Assembly (NCBI GenBank): GCA_047973385.1
Contig: JBKEBX010000012.1
Coordinates: 65,858 to 129,857 of the forward strand
Length of the DNA: 64,000 nt
Direction: 5' to 3'
Origin: Lachnospirales bacterium
Lineage (GTDB): Bacteria > Bacillota > Clostridia > Lachnospirales > CAMZNU01
The position numbers and the translations under genes were made by a program. The notes under the pieces were generated by a model that was not told where the DNA came from, did not search any database, and was given only the letters and a program-made list of their open reading frames with translations. This document shows, one piece after another, positions 40,393 through 49,705 of this stretch; within the stretch, counting starts at the first letter, position 1; every line of letters starts with the position of its first letter.

Positions 40393-41325
40393 ATGACAAT
40401 AAAAAAGGTATCAGTAATTGGTGCAGGACTTATGGGGAATGCAATTGCGATTGTTTTTGCTAAAAATCCTGACATACAAGTTTGTTTGTTTGATGTTGTT
40501 GATAAACCTGACTTTAAAGCACCAATAAAAGAAGTTTTAGATGTTATGATAGATGGAAACATTTTGACTAATGATGAAAGCCATAAAATCTTAGGAAAAA
40601 TATCATATGAAAAAGATTTGGAAAAAGCTGTTGAAAATGCAGATTTTGTTATAGAATGTGTACCTGAAATTTTAGATTTAAAGCAAAATGTTTTTGCTGA
40701 AATTGAAGGGTATGTTAAGGAAAGTACAATTCTTGCTACTAATACATCTGTTATGAGTGTTACAGAAATTTTTTCAAAATGTAAAATTAGAAATAGAGTT
40801 ATAGGTGCACATTTTTGGAATCCAGGGCATTTGATACCTTTAGTTGAAGTTGTGAAAACAGTTGATACAGATGATAAAGTTATTGATGTTGCTATGGAAC
40901 TTCTTAAAAAATCAGGTAAAAAACCGATTTTATGCAAGAAAGATGTTCCAGGTTTTATAGCAAATCGCTTACAACATGCATTATGGAGAGAAGCTTTCTA
41001 TATGGTTGATGAAGGTATAGCTGATCCTAAAACAATTGATGAAGCTTGTAACTATGGTCCAGGACTTAGATGGCCTGTTATTGGGCCTATGGAAAATTCT
41101 GATTTAGTAGGTCTTGACTTATCTTTAAACATACATAACTATATTTTGAAACATTTAGCTGATAACCATGAACCATCAAAGGTTTTAAAGGAAATGTATG
41201 AGAGTGGAAAAAATGGTTTCAAAACAGGTTCAGGTTGGCAGGATTATACTGAAGAAGAAATGAAAAGTATTAAAGATAATTTACAAAAATATTTGATAAA
41301 ATACAATGCAGAGAATAAATTTTAA
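40393..41325 (+). CDS. 3-hydroxyacyl-CoA dehydrogenase-family NAD-dependent dehydrogenase
   Basis: VSVIGAGLMGNAIA Rossmann motif and HFWNP motif. Start 1 nt after the SDR stop. Confidence 0.85.
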   Translation: MTIKKVSVIGAGLMGNAIAIVFAKNPDIQVCLFDVVDKPDFKAPIKEVLDVMIDGNILTNDESHKILGKISYEKDLEKAVENADFVIECVPEILDLKQNVFAEIEGYVKESTILATNTSVMSVTEIFSKCKIRNRVIGAHFWNPGHLIPLVEVVKTVDTDDKVIDVAMELLKKSGKKPILCKKDVPGFIANRLQHALWREAFYMVDEGIADPKTIDEACNYGPGLRWPVIGPMENSDLVGLDLSLNIHNYILKHLADNHEPSKVLKEMYESGKNGFKTGSGWQDYTEEEMKSIKDNLQKYLIKYNAENKF

Positions 41326-41342
41326 TGGAGGATTTTTAGATT

Positions 41343-42281
41343 ATGGGAAAGAAAGTATTTGTTGATTTAACTCACCCTTTTAGTGCGGATACACCACGTT
41401 GGCCTTATTTTGTTAAGCCAGTTATTGATAATATGCATTCACTTGCAAAAGGTGGAGTTTTAACTCAACGTATAGATTGTGTTCAACACACAGGTACACA
41501 CTGTGATGCACCTCGTCATGTTATGGAAAAAGAGTTTAACGGTAAACGTGCTAGATATACTCATGAAATGCCAGTTGATGCTTATACAGGTGAAGCTGTT
41601 TGTTTAGAAATAAAAGTTGACAAATGGGGGCTTATTTTACCTGAGCATTTAGAAGATGCTTGTAAACGTGCAAATATCAAGCCTGAAGAACTTGAGGGTA
41701 TGGTTGTTTGTCTAAACACAGGTATGCATAGATTGTTTGATGACTCTAAAGACTATTATCATTATTCTTGTGGTACAGGTGTTGAAGCAGGTAAATGGTT
41801 TGTAAAACATAAAGTTAAATGTGTTGCTATGGATATGCAGGCTCTTGACCACCCACTCCATACAGCTATGGGTAACAATGGTATGACAAGACTTAACTTA
41901 CTTGGTGCTTCTGGCAGACCTATTACTGAAGAATATACAGAGCAATTTGGTAAAGAGGCTTATGCCGAGTTTGATAAAGAGTTATACATTGAAGTTCATG
42001 GTAAAGAAAAATATGATGAAGTTTATGGAGAACTTGAAAGTGTATCAGGTTGGGGTACATGGGAACCTTGCCATAAGTTAATGCTTGGAAACGGTATTGT
42101 TGGTGTTGAAAACTTAGGCGGTAACCTTGACCAAGTAGCAGGTAAGCGTTTCAGATTTTTCTGTTTCCCAATTCGTTGGTATATGGGTGATGGTGCAATG
42201 GTTCGCTGTGTTGCAGAAATTGATGAAGATGATGTAGTAGACGTTCCAGAGCGTACATATACTTATGCTGGTTGCATCTAA
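41343..42281 (+). CDS. cyclase-family (kynurenine-formamidase-fold) metal hydrolase
   Basis: QHTGTHCDAPRH corresponds to the HxGTHxDxPxH motif of the putative-cyclase family; 312 aa. Confidence 0.75.
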   Translation: MGKKVFVDLTHPFSADTPRWPYFVKPVIDNMHSLAKGGVLTQRIDCVQHTGTHCDAPRHVMEKEFNGKRARYTHEMPVDAYTGEAVCLEIKVDKWGLILPEHLEDACKRANIKPEELEGMVVCLNTGMHRLFDDSKDYYHYSCGTGVEAGKWFVKHKVKCVAMDMQALDHPLHTAMGNNGMTRLNLLGASGRPITEEYTEQFGKEAYAEFDKELYIEVHGKEKYDEVYGELESVSGWGTWEPCHKLMLGNGIVGVENLGGNLDQVAGKRFRFFCFPIRWYMGDGAMVRCVAEIDEDDVVDVPERTYTYAGCI

Positions 42282-42352
42282 ATTTAATAAAAGAAAGTAT
42301 GGTTGGGTTATTTATATAATCCAGCCTATAATTGCAAATATAGGAGAGAAAA

Positions 42353-43198
42353 ATGAGTGATTTAAAAAATAAAAGAATTATAACTGTTGCGACAACAGGT
42401 GCATGGCCAACAAAAGAAAATACACCAAATGTACCAATTGAGCCACATGAAATAGCTGAAGAAATCTATAATTGTTGGAAAGAAGGAGCTTCTATTGCCC
42501 ATATTCATTGTAGAGATGATGAGGGTAGGGCAGCTATGGAATTTGAAAAATTCGAAGAAACTGTTAGACTTATTAGAGAAAGAAAAGATTGTGATATAAT
42601 AATAAATTTAACTACTTCTGGCGGGATTAACTTAAAAGAAGAAGATAGGTTACGTCCTTTTTATGAGTTGAAGCCTGAAATGGCAACTTTTGATTGTGGT
42701 TCTATGAACTGGCAATACAACGCAGTTTTTGAAAATCATCCACATTTTTTACAAAAGCTTGGACCAATGATGCAAGAAGTTAATGTTAAACCTGAAATAG
42801 AAGTTTTTGATCCAGGTATGATTTATGAAGCAGGGTACTATATTAAAAAAGGAATTTTAAAAACTCCTGCACATTTCCAATTTTGTATGGGCGTTCCAGG
42901 TGGTATAGCGGCAACAACTAAAAACCTTGTATTTATGAAAGGTGTTTTAGACGAGGTTGCTCCTGGTTCTACATGGTCGGCTTTTGGCGTTGGTAAAGGT
43001 GCTATGGAAATCATGTACGCTGCTATCGCTATGGGTGGTAACATACGTGTTGGAATGGAAGATAATGTACTTTATAAAAAAGGTGTTATTGCAGACTCTA
43101 ACATGCAGTTTGTAGCTAGAGCAAAAAGATGTATAGAAGAAGCTACTTTAGAAGTTGCAACTCCTGATGAAGCAAGACAAATTTTAGGGCTTAAATAG
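42353..43198 (+). CDS. BKACE-family beta-keto acid cleavage enzyme (3-keto-5-aminohexanoate cleavage enzyme-like, DUF849)
   Basis: IITVATTGAWPTKENTPNVPIEPHEIAEE...ASIAHIHCRD... is the typical BKACE TIM-barrel N-terminus; 281 aa. Confidence 0.8.
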   Translation: MSDLKNKRIITVATTGAWPTKENTPNVPIEPHEIAEEIYNCWKEGASIAHIHCRDDEGRAAMEFEKFEETVRLIRERKDCDIIINLTTSGGINLKEEDRLRPFYELKPEMATFDCGSMNWQYNAVFENHPHFLQKLGPMMQEVNVKPEIEVFDPGMIYEAGYYIKKGILKTPAHFQFCMGVPGGIAATTKNLVFMKGVLDEVAPGSTWSAFGVGKGAMEIMYAAIAMGGNIRVGMEDNVLYKKGVIADSNMQFVARAKRCIEEATLEVATPDEARQILGLK

Positions 43199-43423
43199 TT
43201 AAAATAAGACCCTTGACCTTAAGGTAATTACACAACAAAATAGTATATACTGAATATTTTTTGAAATTTTAGTTTACTTTGTTAGAAAAAATTAATATGG
43301 TTTATTTAGTACACATATACCTAAAAAAACTATTTAAACTTATGTTAGATTTTGAAATAAAGATTTTTAGTTTAGTTGATTTTAGAATATATTTGGTATA
43401 TATATTTTGATATAGAGGTGAAT

Positions 43424-44077
43424 ATGAAAGTAATTGGAAAAGATATATTTAAAGAGCATTTAAAAGATGGAATGTCCATTATGGTCGGTGGTTTTATGAC
43501 AAATGGAACTCCTGAAATTTTGATTGACTTAATTGTAGAATCAGAAGTTAAGGATTTAACTTTGATTTGTAATGATGCAGGATATGAAGATAAAGGCATA
43601 GGTAAACTTATAGCTAATGGTTTAGTTAAAAAACTTATTACTTCTCATATTGGGTTGAACCCTCTAGCGGGTAAGTTGATGAATGAGGGTAAACTTGATA
43701 TTGAGCTTGTACCTCAAGGTACTCTTGCTGAGCGTATACGTTCCTTTGGTGCAGGTCTTGGAGGTGTTTTAACTCAAACAGGTCTTGGCACAGACGTGGC
43801 AAATGGCAAGGAAACATTACAAGTTGACGGTAAAGAGTTTTTACTTGAAAAGCCACTTGGGGCTGATTTGGCAATTATAAGAGGAACTTTGATTGATAAA
43901 GCCGGAAATGTATTTTATAGTGGAACAACAAGGAACTTTAATCCACTTATGGCAACGGCTTGTAGCGTTGTTTTTGCAACTTGTGAGAAACTTGTTGAAG
44001 TTGGAGAAATCCAAAAAGAAGCTGTTATCACTCCGTCAATTTTTGTTGATTATGTAGTTGAGGGGGTTGAGAAATAG
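43424..44077 (+). CDS. 3-oxoacid/acetate CoA-transferase subunit A
   Basis: GMSIMVGGF...GTPE and [13 protein letters not shown] motifs. Start behind AGAGGTG. Confidence 0.9.
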   Translation: MKVIGKDIFKEHLKDGMSIMVGGFMTNGTPEILIDLIVESEVKDLTLICNDAGYEDKGIGKLIANGLVKKLITSHIGLNPLAGKLMNEGKLDIELVPQGTLAERIRSFGAGLGGVLTQTGLGTDVANGKETLQVDGKEFLLEKPLGADLAIIRGTLIDKAGNVFYSGTTRNFNPLMATACSVVFATCEKLVEVGEIQKEAVITPSIFVDYVVEGVEK

Positions 44078-44724
44078 TGAATAGCAAAGAGAAAATCGCA
44101 AGACGTGTTGCAAAAGAACTTAAAGATAATATGGTTGTAAACCTTGGTATTGGTGTTCCGACTATGGTTGCGAATTATATACCTGAAGATGTAAACATAT
44201 ATTTACAATCTGAAAATGGAATTATTGGAATGGGAGATGTTCCAAATGAAGAAAATTTTGATAAAAATATTGTAAATGCTGGTGGTAACCCTGTTACTGT
44301 AAAAGAAAATGCTTGTTTTTTTGATAGCTCAATGTCTTTTACAATTATACGAGGTGGTCATGTTGATTTGACAGTACTTGGTGCTTTGCAAGTTGATGAA
44401 AAGGGAAATCTTGCAAGTCACATTATACCAGGGAAAATGGTTCCAGGTATGGGTGGAGCTATGGATCTTGTAACAGGATCTAAAAAAGTTATTGTAGCTA
44501 TGAATCATGTTGCAAAAGGGGATAAACATAAAATTCTAAAAGATATTTTATTACCGGCTACGGCAAAGGGTAAAGTTAACTTAATCGTAACTGAACTTGC
44601 AGTTCTGGAAGTAACAGACAAGGGCTTGCTTTTAAAAGAGATTGCCGAAGAAACAACGTTAGAGGAAGTAAAAAAGCTTACTGAATGTAATTTGATTGTA
44701 AGTGAAAATTTATTGGAATTTTAG
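44077..44724 (+). CDS. 3-oxoacid/acetate CoA-transferase subunit B
   Basis: NLGIGVPT and SENG (catalytic Glu) motifs. GTG start overlaps the subunit A stop by 1 nt. Confidence 0.9.
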   Translation: MNSKEKIARRVAKELKDNMVVNLGIGVPTMVANYIPEDVNIYLQSENGIIGMGDVPNEENFDKNIVNAGGNPVTVKENACFFDSSMSFTIIRGGHVDLTVLGALQVDEKGNLASHIIPGKMVPGMGGAMDLVTGSKKVIVAMNHVAKGDKHKILKDILLPATAKGKVNLIVTELAVLEVTDKGLLLKEIAEETTLEEVKKLTECNLIVSENLLEF

Positions 44725-44757
44725 TTTTAGTAAAAATTTTATTTTAGGAGTTAAATA

Positions 44758-46044
44758 ATGAAAGATGGAAATAAGAATTCAGTTATAAATTTTGGAAAAG
44801 CTGGTTGGATGGTTATCATATATTGCTTACTTATGTTTTGGTTTTATGTGGGAATGGTCAATGATGGTTCTAACTTCACAGTTCCAGCAATTGCAGAAAG
44901 ATTAAATGTTGACAAAGGTATTATCTTAAACTTAAATTCTTTAGCCGGGTTAGTCGGAGTGTTGTTTTTTATAGTAATAGGTCAAGTGAATAGAAAAATT
45001 GGTGCAAGATATACATCAGGGATATGCACTATAATCGCAGGTGTATCTTACTTTATGTTAGGTAATTCATCAAGTTTGTTTATGTATGCAGTTTCTATGT
45101 GTTTTGTAGTGGGTGGTATGATGTCAGCAGGTTATATCGCAGGGGGGTCGTTGGTTGCACAATGGTTTCCTAAGAAAAAAGGTATAGTTATGGGATATAC
45201 AACAATGGGTCATAACTTAGCCTCTGCATTTTATGTGCCTCTTATAGGTATGTTGATTGGCTCAATGGGTATAAGTATGGGTGTTATGCCTATATCTGTG
45301 GCAGCTATTTTACTTGGTATTTTTGGTATAGTTTTTATTAGAAATACTCCACAAGAACGTGGGATAAATCCAGATAATGTAAGTGATGAAATTTTTGAGA
45401 CAGAATATGATAACACTCATGAAGATGATGAAGATGGTGGGTGGACAACAAAAAGTTTGCTTAAAACTAAGGAACTATGGCTTGCTGCTATAACAACAGG
45501 AGCTTTCCAAATATGTTCTGTTGGGGTTATGACACAACTTGTAAGTAGAAATATTGAACTTGGTTTCACAGAAGCGAAAGCTGTCGCAACTATGACTGTA
45601 CTCGCACTTGTTGGTGTTGGTGGGTCATGGCTGATTGGAGTTATAGATGATAAGCTAGGTACAAAAAAGACAATGGTAGGCTTTGGTTTATGGTATGCAA
45701 CGGCACTTTTATGCAATGCTACCGAAATTATGCCACTTGTATATTTATCATTGTTTATGATTGCTATTGGTATTGGTGGTTCTGCTAACTTTACCACATC
45801 TTTACCAACATCAATTTTTGGTAGACACGGTTTTTCAAAAGTTAACAGTGTAATTTTCCCAATTCAGGGAGCGATAACAGCACTTTGTTTTGCTGTTAAT
45901 GGTTTTGTTATGTTGCTAACAGGTAGTTTAAGAATGGCTTATGTTGCTTTTGCAATAGTTGCTATAGTAAATGTTGTTCTTGTACTTATGATACAAGATA
46001 AAAAATATAATAAGGACTTTTTAGCAGAACAAAAAAATACATAA
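44758..46044 (+). CDS. MFS transporter (oxalate/formate-antiporter-like)
   Basis: 428 aa, 12-TM pattern with a central acidic loop. Confidence 0.75.
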   Translation: MKDGNKNSVINFGKAGWMVIIYCLLMFWFYVGMVNDGSNFTVPAIAERLNVDKGIILNLNSLAGLVGVLFFIVIGQVNRKIGARYTSGICTIIAGVSYFMLGNSSSLFMYAVSMCFVVGGMMSAGYIAGGSLVAQWFPKKKGIVMGYTTMGHNLASAFYVPLIGMLIGSMGISMGVMPISVAAILLGIFGIVFIRNTPQERGINPDNVSDEIFETEYDNTHEDDEDGGWTTKSLLKTKELWLAAITTGAFQICSVGVMTQLVSRNIELGFTEAKAVATMTVLALVGVGGSWLIGVIDDKLGTKKTMVGFGLWYATALLCNATEIMPLVYLSLFMIAIGIGGSANFTTSLPTSIFGRHGFSKVNSVIFPIQGAITALCFAVNGFVMLLTGSLRMAYVAFAIVAIVNVVLVLMIQDKKYNKDFLAEQKNT

Positions 46045-46167
46045 TGCTTAAACATAAAGAAATTTTGTACATAGTTGTTAGATTAACATTATTTTTGTAG
46101 TATAATGTTAGTTATAGTTATACAAGGTTTAAAGTGTAAGAATATTTTGAACCTTGTATAAATTAAT

Positions 46168-46255
46168 ATGGCGACCTTGCAAAACATAGAAAAATTCAAA
46201 TTTTGAAATGTCTTGAATTTGCTTTGCAAATTGTTGCATCATTGCATTTTGTGGG
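46168..46255 (+). repeat. degenerate repeat copy (intact left TIR/module A start, diverged remainder)
   Basis: ATGGCGACCTTGCAAAACATAGAAAAATTCAAATTTTGAAATG...TTTGCAAATTGTTGCATCATTGCATTTTG. Confidence 0.6.
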
Positions 46256-46365
46256 TTACATCATATAGAAACAAAGGAGTTTAGTTTTAAAATTATAATG
46301 GCAGTTTCCATTATTTTTTTTACTAATTTTGCTTAGTTATACTTCTATAACCAAAGAGGTGAGAT

Positions 46366-47052
46366 ATGAATTTTGTAGATAAAAATTTAGAAACTTGTAA
46401 TAACTTTATTTTTCTAGGTGAAGCAGGGAGCGGTAAAAGTGAAATAGCTATAAATTTCGCTATATATTTAAAGAAACATACAAAAAAAGAAGTACATTTC
46501 TTTGATATGGACATGACAAAGCCTTTGTTTCGCTCAAGAGATTTAGAAAAAGAGTTAAGCGATTTAAATATAGTAATGCACTATGAAAAACAGTTTATGG
46601 ACGCTCCAACTATAGTTGGTGGTGTAAGGAGAAATCTTAAAAATAGAGACGCCTATGTAGTTATGGATATTGGTGGTGACTATATGGGGGCTAGAGCTAT
46701 TGGTGGCTTTGCAAGTGAAATAAACAAGGACAACTGTTTAACTTATTATGTAGTAAATCCTTATAGACCTTGGTCAACGAACATCGAGGGCATAGATAAG
46801 GTTTTGTCAAGTATTTTAGGTGTTTCACATGTAAAAATAGATAAAGTGAAAATTGTTAGCAATCCTAACTTGGGAATTTCAACAACACTAGACGATATTA
46901 TAATAGGAAATGAAAAGGTTTTTGAGATGATTGGTGAGTATAAACCGATAGAGTTTCTTTGTGTAAGTAAAAATATATACTCTGATGTAATTGGTAAAGT
47001 GAGTTCGGAGGTTTTCCCAATAGATTTATTTTTAACATATCCATGGGAGTAG
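46366..47052 (+). CDS. orphan P-loop NTPase (228 aa)
   Basis: Walker A GEAGSGKSE, then FFDMD and VVMDIGGD strands. No close family recognised. Confidence 0.6.
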   Translation: MNFVDKNLETCNNFIFLGEAGSGKSEIAINFAIYLKKHTKKEVHFFDMDMTKPLFRSRDLEKELSDLNIVMHYEKQFMDAPTIVGGVRRNLKNRDAYVVMDIGGDYMGARAIGGFASEINKDNCLTYYVVNPYRPWSTNIEGIDKVLSSILGVSHVKIDKVKIVSNPNLGISTTLDDIIIGNEKVFEMIGEYKPIEFLCVSKNIYSDVIGKVSSEVFPIDLFLTYPWE

Positions 47053-47058
47053 TATGGT

Positions 47059-47622
47059 TTGAAGTCTTTAAGGTCTGAACACGGTGATGTACGCTTTGTT
47101 TTAGAAAACTTATCCTTTAGTAGTATCTTGTACTCGATTATTGAAAAAGAACTAGATGTTGGCATAACCCTTGAAACTGATGTTTTAAAAGCACCTACTA
47201 TTGATAGTTGTGTCTTAACAGAGATACCGAGAGTTCTGGTCTATTCAAAAAATTACAATTTAAAAAATAATACTATTTTAGAACCTATGGATTTCAAAGA
47301 TGAATGGTTTTTAGTACCTAGAACCAATAGGGGAAGCTATATAAATGATTTATTGAATAGTTTTTGTGAACCTTATGGATTTAAGCCAAATGTACAAGAA
47401 GTAAGAAATACTGAATCGCTTACAAACTCAGTTGTAAATGGTTTAGGTGTAGCCGTAGTCGATTACTTTACATATGAATCATTAAAAAAACATTGCCACT
47501 GTATTGTACTGGAGTCAACAGCAACAATAGCGGCAATGTGGAGAAAGGATAATACTAATATACTAATAAAATCCTTTATACAAGAATTACAACATAGTTT
47601 AGAAAATTTTGAGATAAAATAA
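47059..47622 (+). pseudogene. LysR-family substrate-binding domain only (HTH and linker missing): truncated regulator remnant
   Basis: Starts at an internal-looking TTG. The sequence VRFVLENLSFSSILYSIIEKELDVGI... corresponds to roughly residue 95 onward of an LTTR. No upstream HTH is found in any frame. Confidence 0.6.
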
Positions 47623-47651
47623 AAACTGTTGTAATTATTGGCATGTTTTAT

Positions 47652-47778
47652 ATGGCGACATTGTAAAATATATAAAAATACATTTTTACAATAAAACAAC
47701 GGCTGTAGCTTTTGTCAAAAGTATGAAAATTTGGTTTTTCTTTTGCAATGTGCCTTGTTTCAATTTTTTGTCGATTCC
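47652..47778 (+). repeat. full-length copy of the intergenic repeat family
   Basis: ATGGCGACATTGTAAAATATATAAAAATACATTTTTACAATAAAACAACGGCTGTAGCTTTTGTCAAAAGTATGAAAATTTGGTTTTTCTTTTGCAATGTGCCTTGTTTCAATTTTTTGTCGATTCC. Confidence 0.85.
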
Positions 47779-47792
47779 ATATACAAAATTAT

Positions 47793-47832
47793 TGAGCTGT
47801 GAAACTTTTACGTTTCAACAGCTCATTTTTTT
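47793..47832. terminator. bidirectional terminator
   Basis: tgagctgtgaaac...gtttcaacagctca plus T7. Confidence 0.75.
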
Positions 47833-47857
47833 GTTTAATTATATAGGATGCTTTCGT

Positions 47858-48067
47858 CTAGCTTTCGTGCTTAAATTTACCTTGTTTTTGCAAAATAATT
47901 AAAGTAATAGTTACACCAATGAAACCAGATAAAAATCCACCAATACCATTATTCATAGCATTAGAAATTACTGTTGTAGGCATAGGAATTGCGAATAGGT
48001 TTAATAAAAATCCAATTGCAAAACCGAAAAGACCTGCTATAAATGCGTTTATTAAAATAACTTTCAT
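47858..48067 (-). CDS. small two-TM membrane protein (69 aa)
   Basis: SD GGGAGG; two hydrophobic helices; downstream of the flavoprotein gene. Confidence 0.6.
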   Translation of the reverse strand: MKVILINAFIAGLFGFAIGFLLNLFAIPMPTTVISNAMNNGIGGFLSGFIGVTITLIILQKQGKFKHES

Positions 48068-48118
48068 ACTAAAGTGCCTCCCTAAATTATAGTTTTAATT
48101 GAGCCTATAAGTTTTAAA

Positions 48119-49054
48119 CTATTTACTAGGCTTTGAACCTTGGATAAACTCTTTGTACTTTGCCATACGCTCTTTGTATTTATCTGTTTGCTTGTCTTCA
48201 CGCAATTTACCTTCGTTTTCTTTTATATCATTTGCATGAATCATTTTTCCTGAAATAGTATCATGTGCATGTTCAAGTTGTTCTTCTGGGAAATCAAAAG
48301 AATATTTGTCGTCTGTAACTTTTAAATCACCGATAATTCCACAAACTGTACAAATAGCTTTTTGGTCTTTATCTATGTAGAAGTTTCTAGAGTGACAATG
48401 TGAACAGACACCTTTATCTCCTAAGTATTTTGCTTCTTCAGGGTTGTTAACAGCGTTAACTAAGTTAACACCAACATTATGACATGTATCAACTTTTTCA
48501 TCATCAACAGCAATACTTTTTGACCATTGGAAAGCGTGTTCATCAATAATTGTCCACATTGGTGACATACAGAAAGTTTTAACATCTGATGAAATTCTAG
48601 TTGTCCAGTCACTACCACCAATTGAAATGAAAGATACAAACTTATCTCTATCAATTCTTGGGTCAGGACCAGCATTACCAGTTTTACCAGAAATCATTTT
48701 AGAAATTCTTACCATACCTCTGTCTTGGGAAGGCCCAGCAAAACGATCTTGTAAAATTTTGAAAATTGCAGGAACACCTTTTTCAAAAATAGGAATAGCA
48801 AAAACAATACCATCGGCATCAAGCAATCTATCTCTTAACCAATAATAATCATCACGTATAACACAACCACCGTCTTTACCTTGCATAAGGTTACCAACAC
48901 ATGCTATACAGCCCGTACAAGGCTTTAAATCTAAGTCGAAAAGATTGATAAAATCTATTTCTGCACCTTTTTCTTTAGCTCCCATTAGAGCTTCTCTACA
49001 CATTGCATCATTGTTACCGTTTTTTGTACCACAAGATATACCTAAAATTTTCAT
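48119..49054 (-). CDS. iron-sulfur flavoprotein-like NAD(P)H-dependent FMN reductase family protein with a C-terminal zinc-ribbon-like CxxC...CxxC
   Basis: MKILGISCGTKNG flavodoxin-like start, CTGCIAC compact cluster motif, CSHCH...CTVCG. Confidence 0.65.
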   Translation of the reverse strand: MKILGISCGTKNGNNDAMCREALMGAKEKGAEIDFINLFDLDLKPCTGCIACVGNLMQGKDGGCVIRDDYYWLRDRLLDADGIVFAIPIFEKGVPAIFKILQDRFAGPSQDRGMVRISKMISGKTGNAGPDPRIDRDKFVSFISIGGSDWTTRISSDVKTFCMSPMWTIIDEHAFQWSKSIAVDDEKVDTCHNVGVNLVNAVNNPEEAKYLGDKGVCSHCHSRNFYIDKDQKAICTVCGIIGDLKVTDDKYSFDFPEEQLEHAHDTISGKMIHANDIKENEGKLREDKQTDKYKERMAKYKEFIQGSKPSK

Positions 49055-49451
49055 TTTTTCTTCTCCTTACGATTATACTTAATATTGTTGATATTATACA
49101 AACAATGCATTATATTCATATAAAACATATGTATAAATCATATATTTTATATGATAATATTATAACATTTTAAAGATTATCTGTAAAATTAGTATATGTT
49201 TATATGGTTCATAACGTAGTAGTTATACTATATAACCACTATACTAATCTTCTAAAATTATAAGAAAATTAATAGAATTATATGTAAGTTATTTATAAAC
49301 AATTAGATTATTTAAGAAGTTTTAACTAAAGTAATATCTGGAATTTAGGCAGTTATTTTTTGAGAAAATCCTTTGTTTTACTTGTAGTAACTAGCTAAAT
49401 ATATATTAAAACAAAAATTTAAGATAATTTTAGTTTTTTTGAAATAAACTA

Positions 49452-49480
49452 TTGACAGATATATAGCTTTGGTGTATAAT
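49452..49480 (+). promoter_or_regulatory. consensus sigmaA promoter for the tRNA pair
   Basis: TTGACA, 17-nt spacer, TATAAT, ending about 20 nt before tRNA-Val. Confidence 0.8.
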
Positions 49481-49501
49481 ATATTTGTTGTTAAAAAATA
49501 T

Positions 49502-49574
49502 GGGAGCATAGCTCAGCTGGGAGAGCACCTGCCTTACAAGCAGGGGGTCAGTGGTTCGAGCCCACTTGTTCCCA
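49502..49574 (+). tRNA. tRNA-Val (anticodon TAC)
   Basis: Manual cloverleaf: 7/4/5/5-bp stems, loop CTTACAA, GGTTCGAGC T-arm. No encoded CCA. Confidence 0.9.
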
Positions 49575-49578
49575 TCAT

Positions 49579-49652
49579 GGCGGTATAGCTCAGTTGGCTA
49601 GAGCATACGGTTCATACCCGTAGTGTCGGCGGTTCAAATCCGTCTACCGCTA
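49579..49652 (+). tRNA. tRNA-Met, elongator type (anticodon CAT)
   Basis: Manual cloverleaf. The anticodon arm TACGGTTCATACCCGTA is like the B. subtilis elongator tRNA-Met, not tRNA-Ile2 or tRNA-fMet. Confidence 0.8.
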
Positions 49653-49657
49653 TTTTA

Positions 49658-49683
49658 AAGGGCGTCTTTTAGACGTCCTTTTA
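49658..49683 (+). terminator. terminator after the tRNA pair
   Basis: aagggcgtct-ttt-agacgtcctt plus TT. Confidence 0.7.
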
Positions 49684-49705
49684 TTCATAAAGAAATGAGG
49701 TTTTT

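Noticed and set aside
38171-46044. Interpreting the BKACE + CoA-transferase cluster as the lysine fermentation (kce/atoDA) pathway.
   Set aside because: kamA, kamDE, kdd and kal are absent from the window. The cluster instead contains an SDR, a cupin, a cyclase-fold hydrolase and an MFS, so it is treated as a pathway of unknown substrate.
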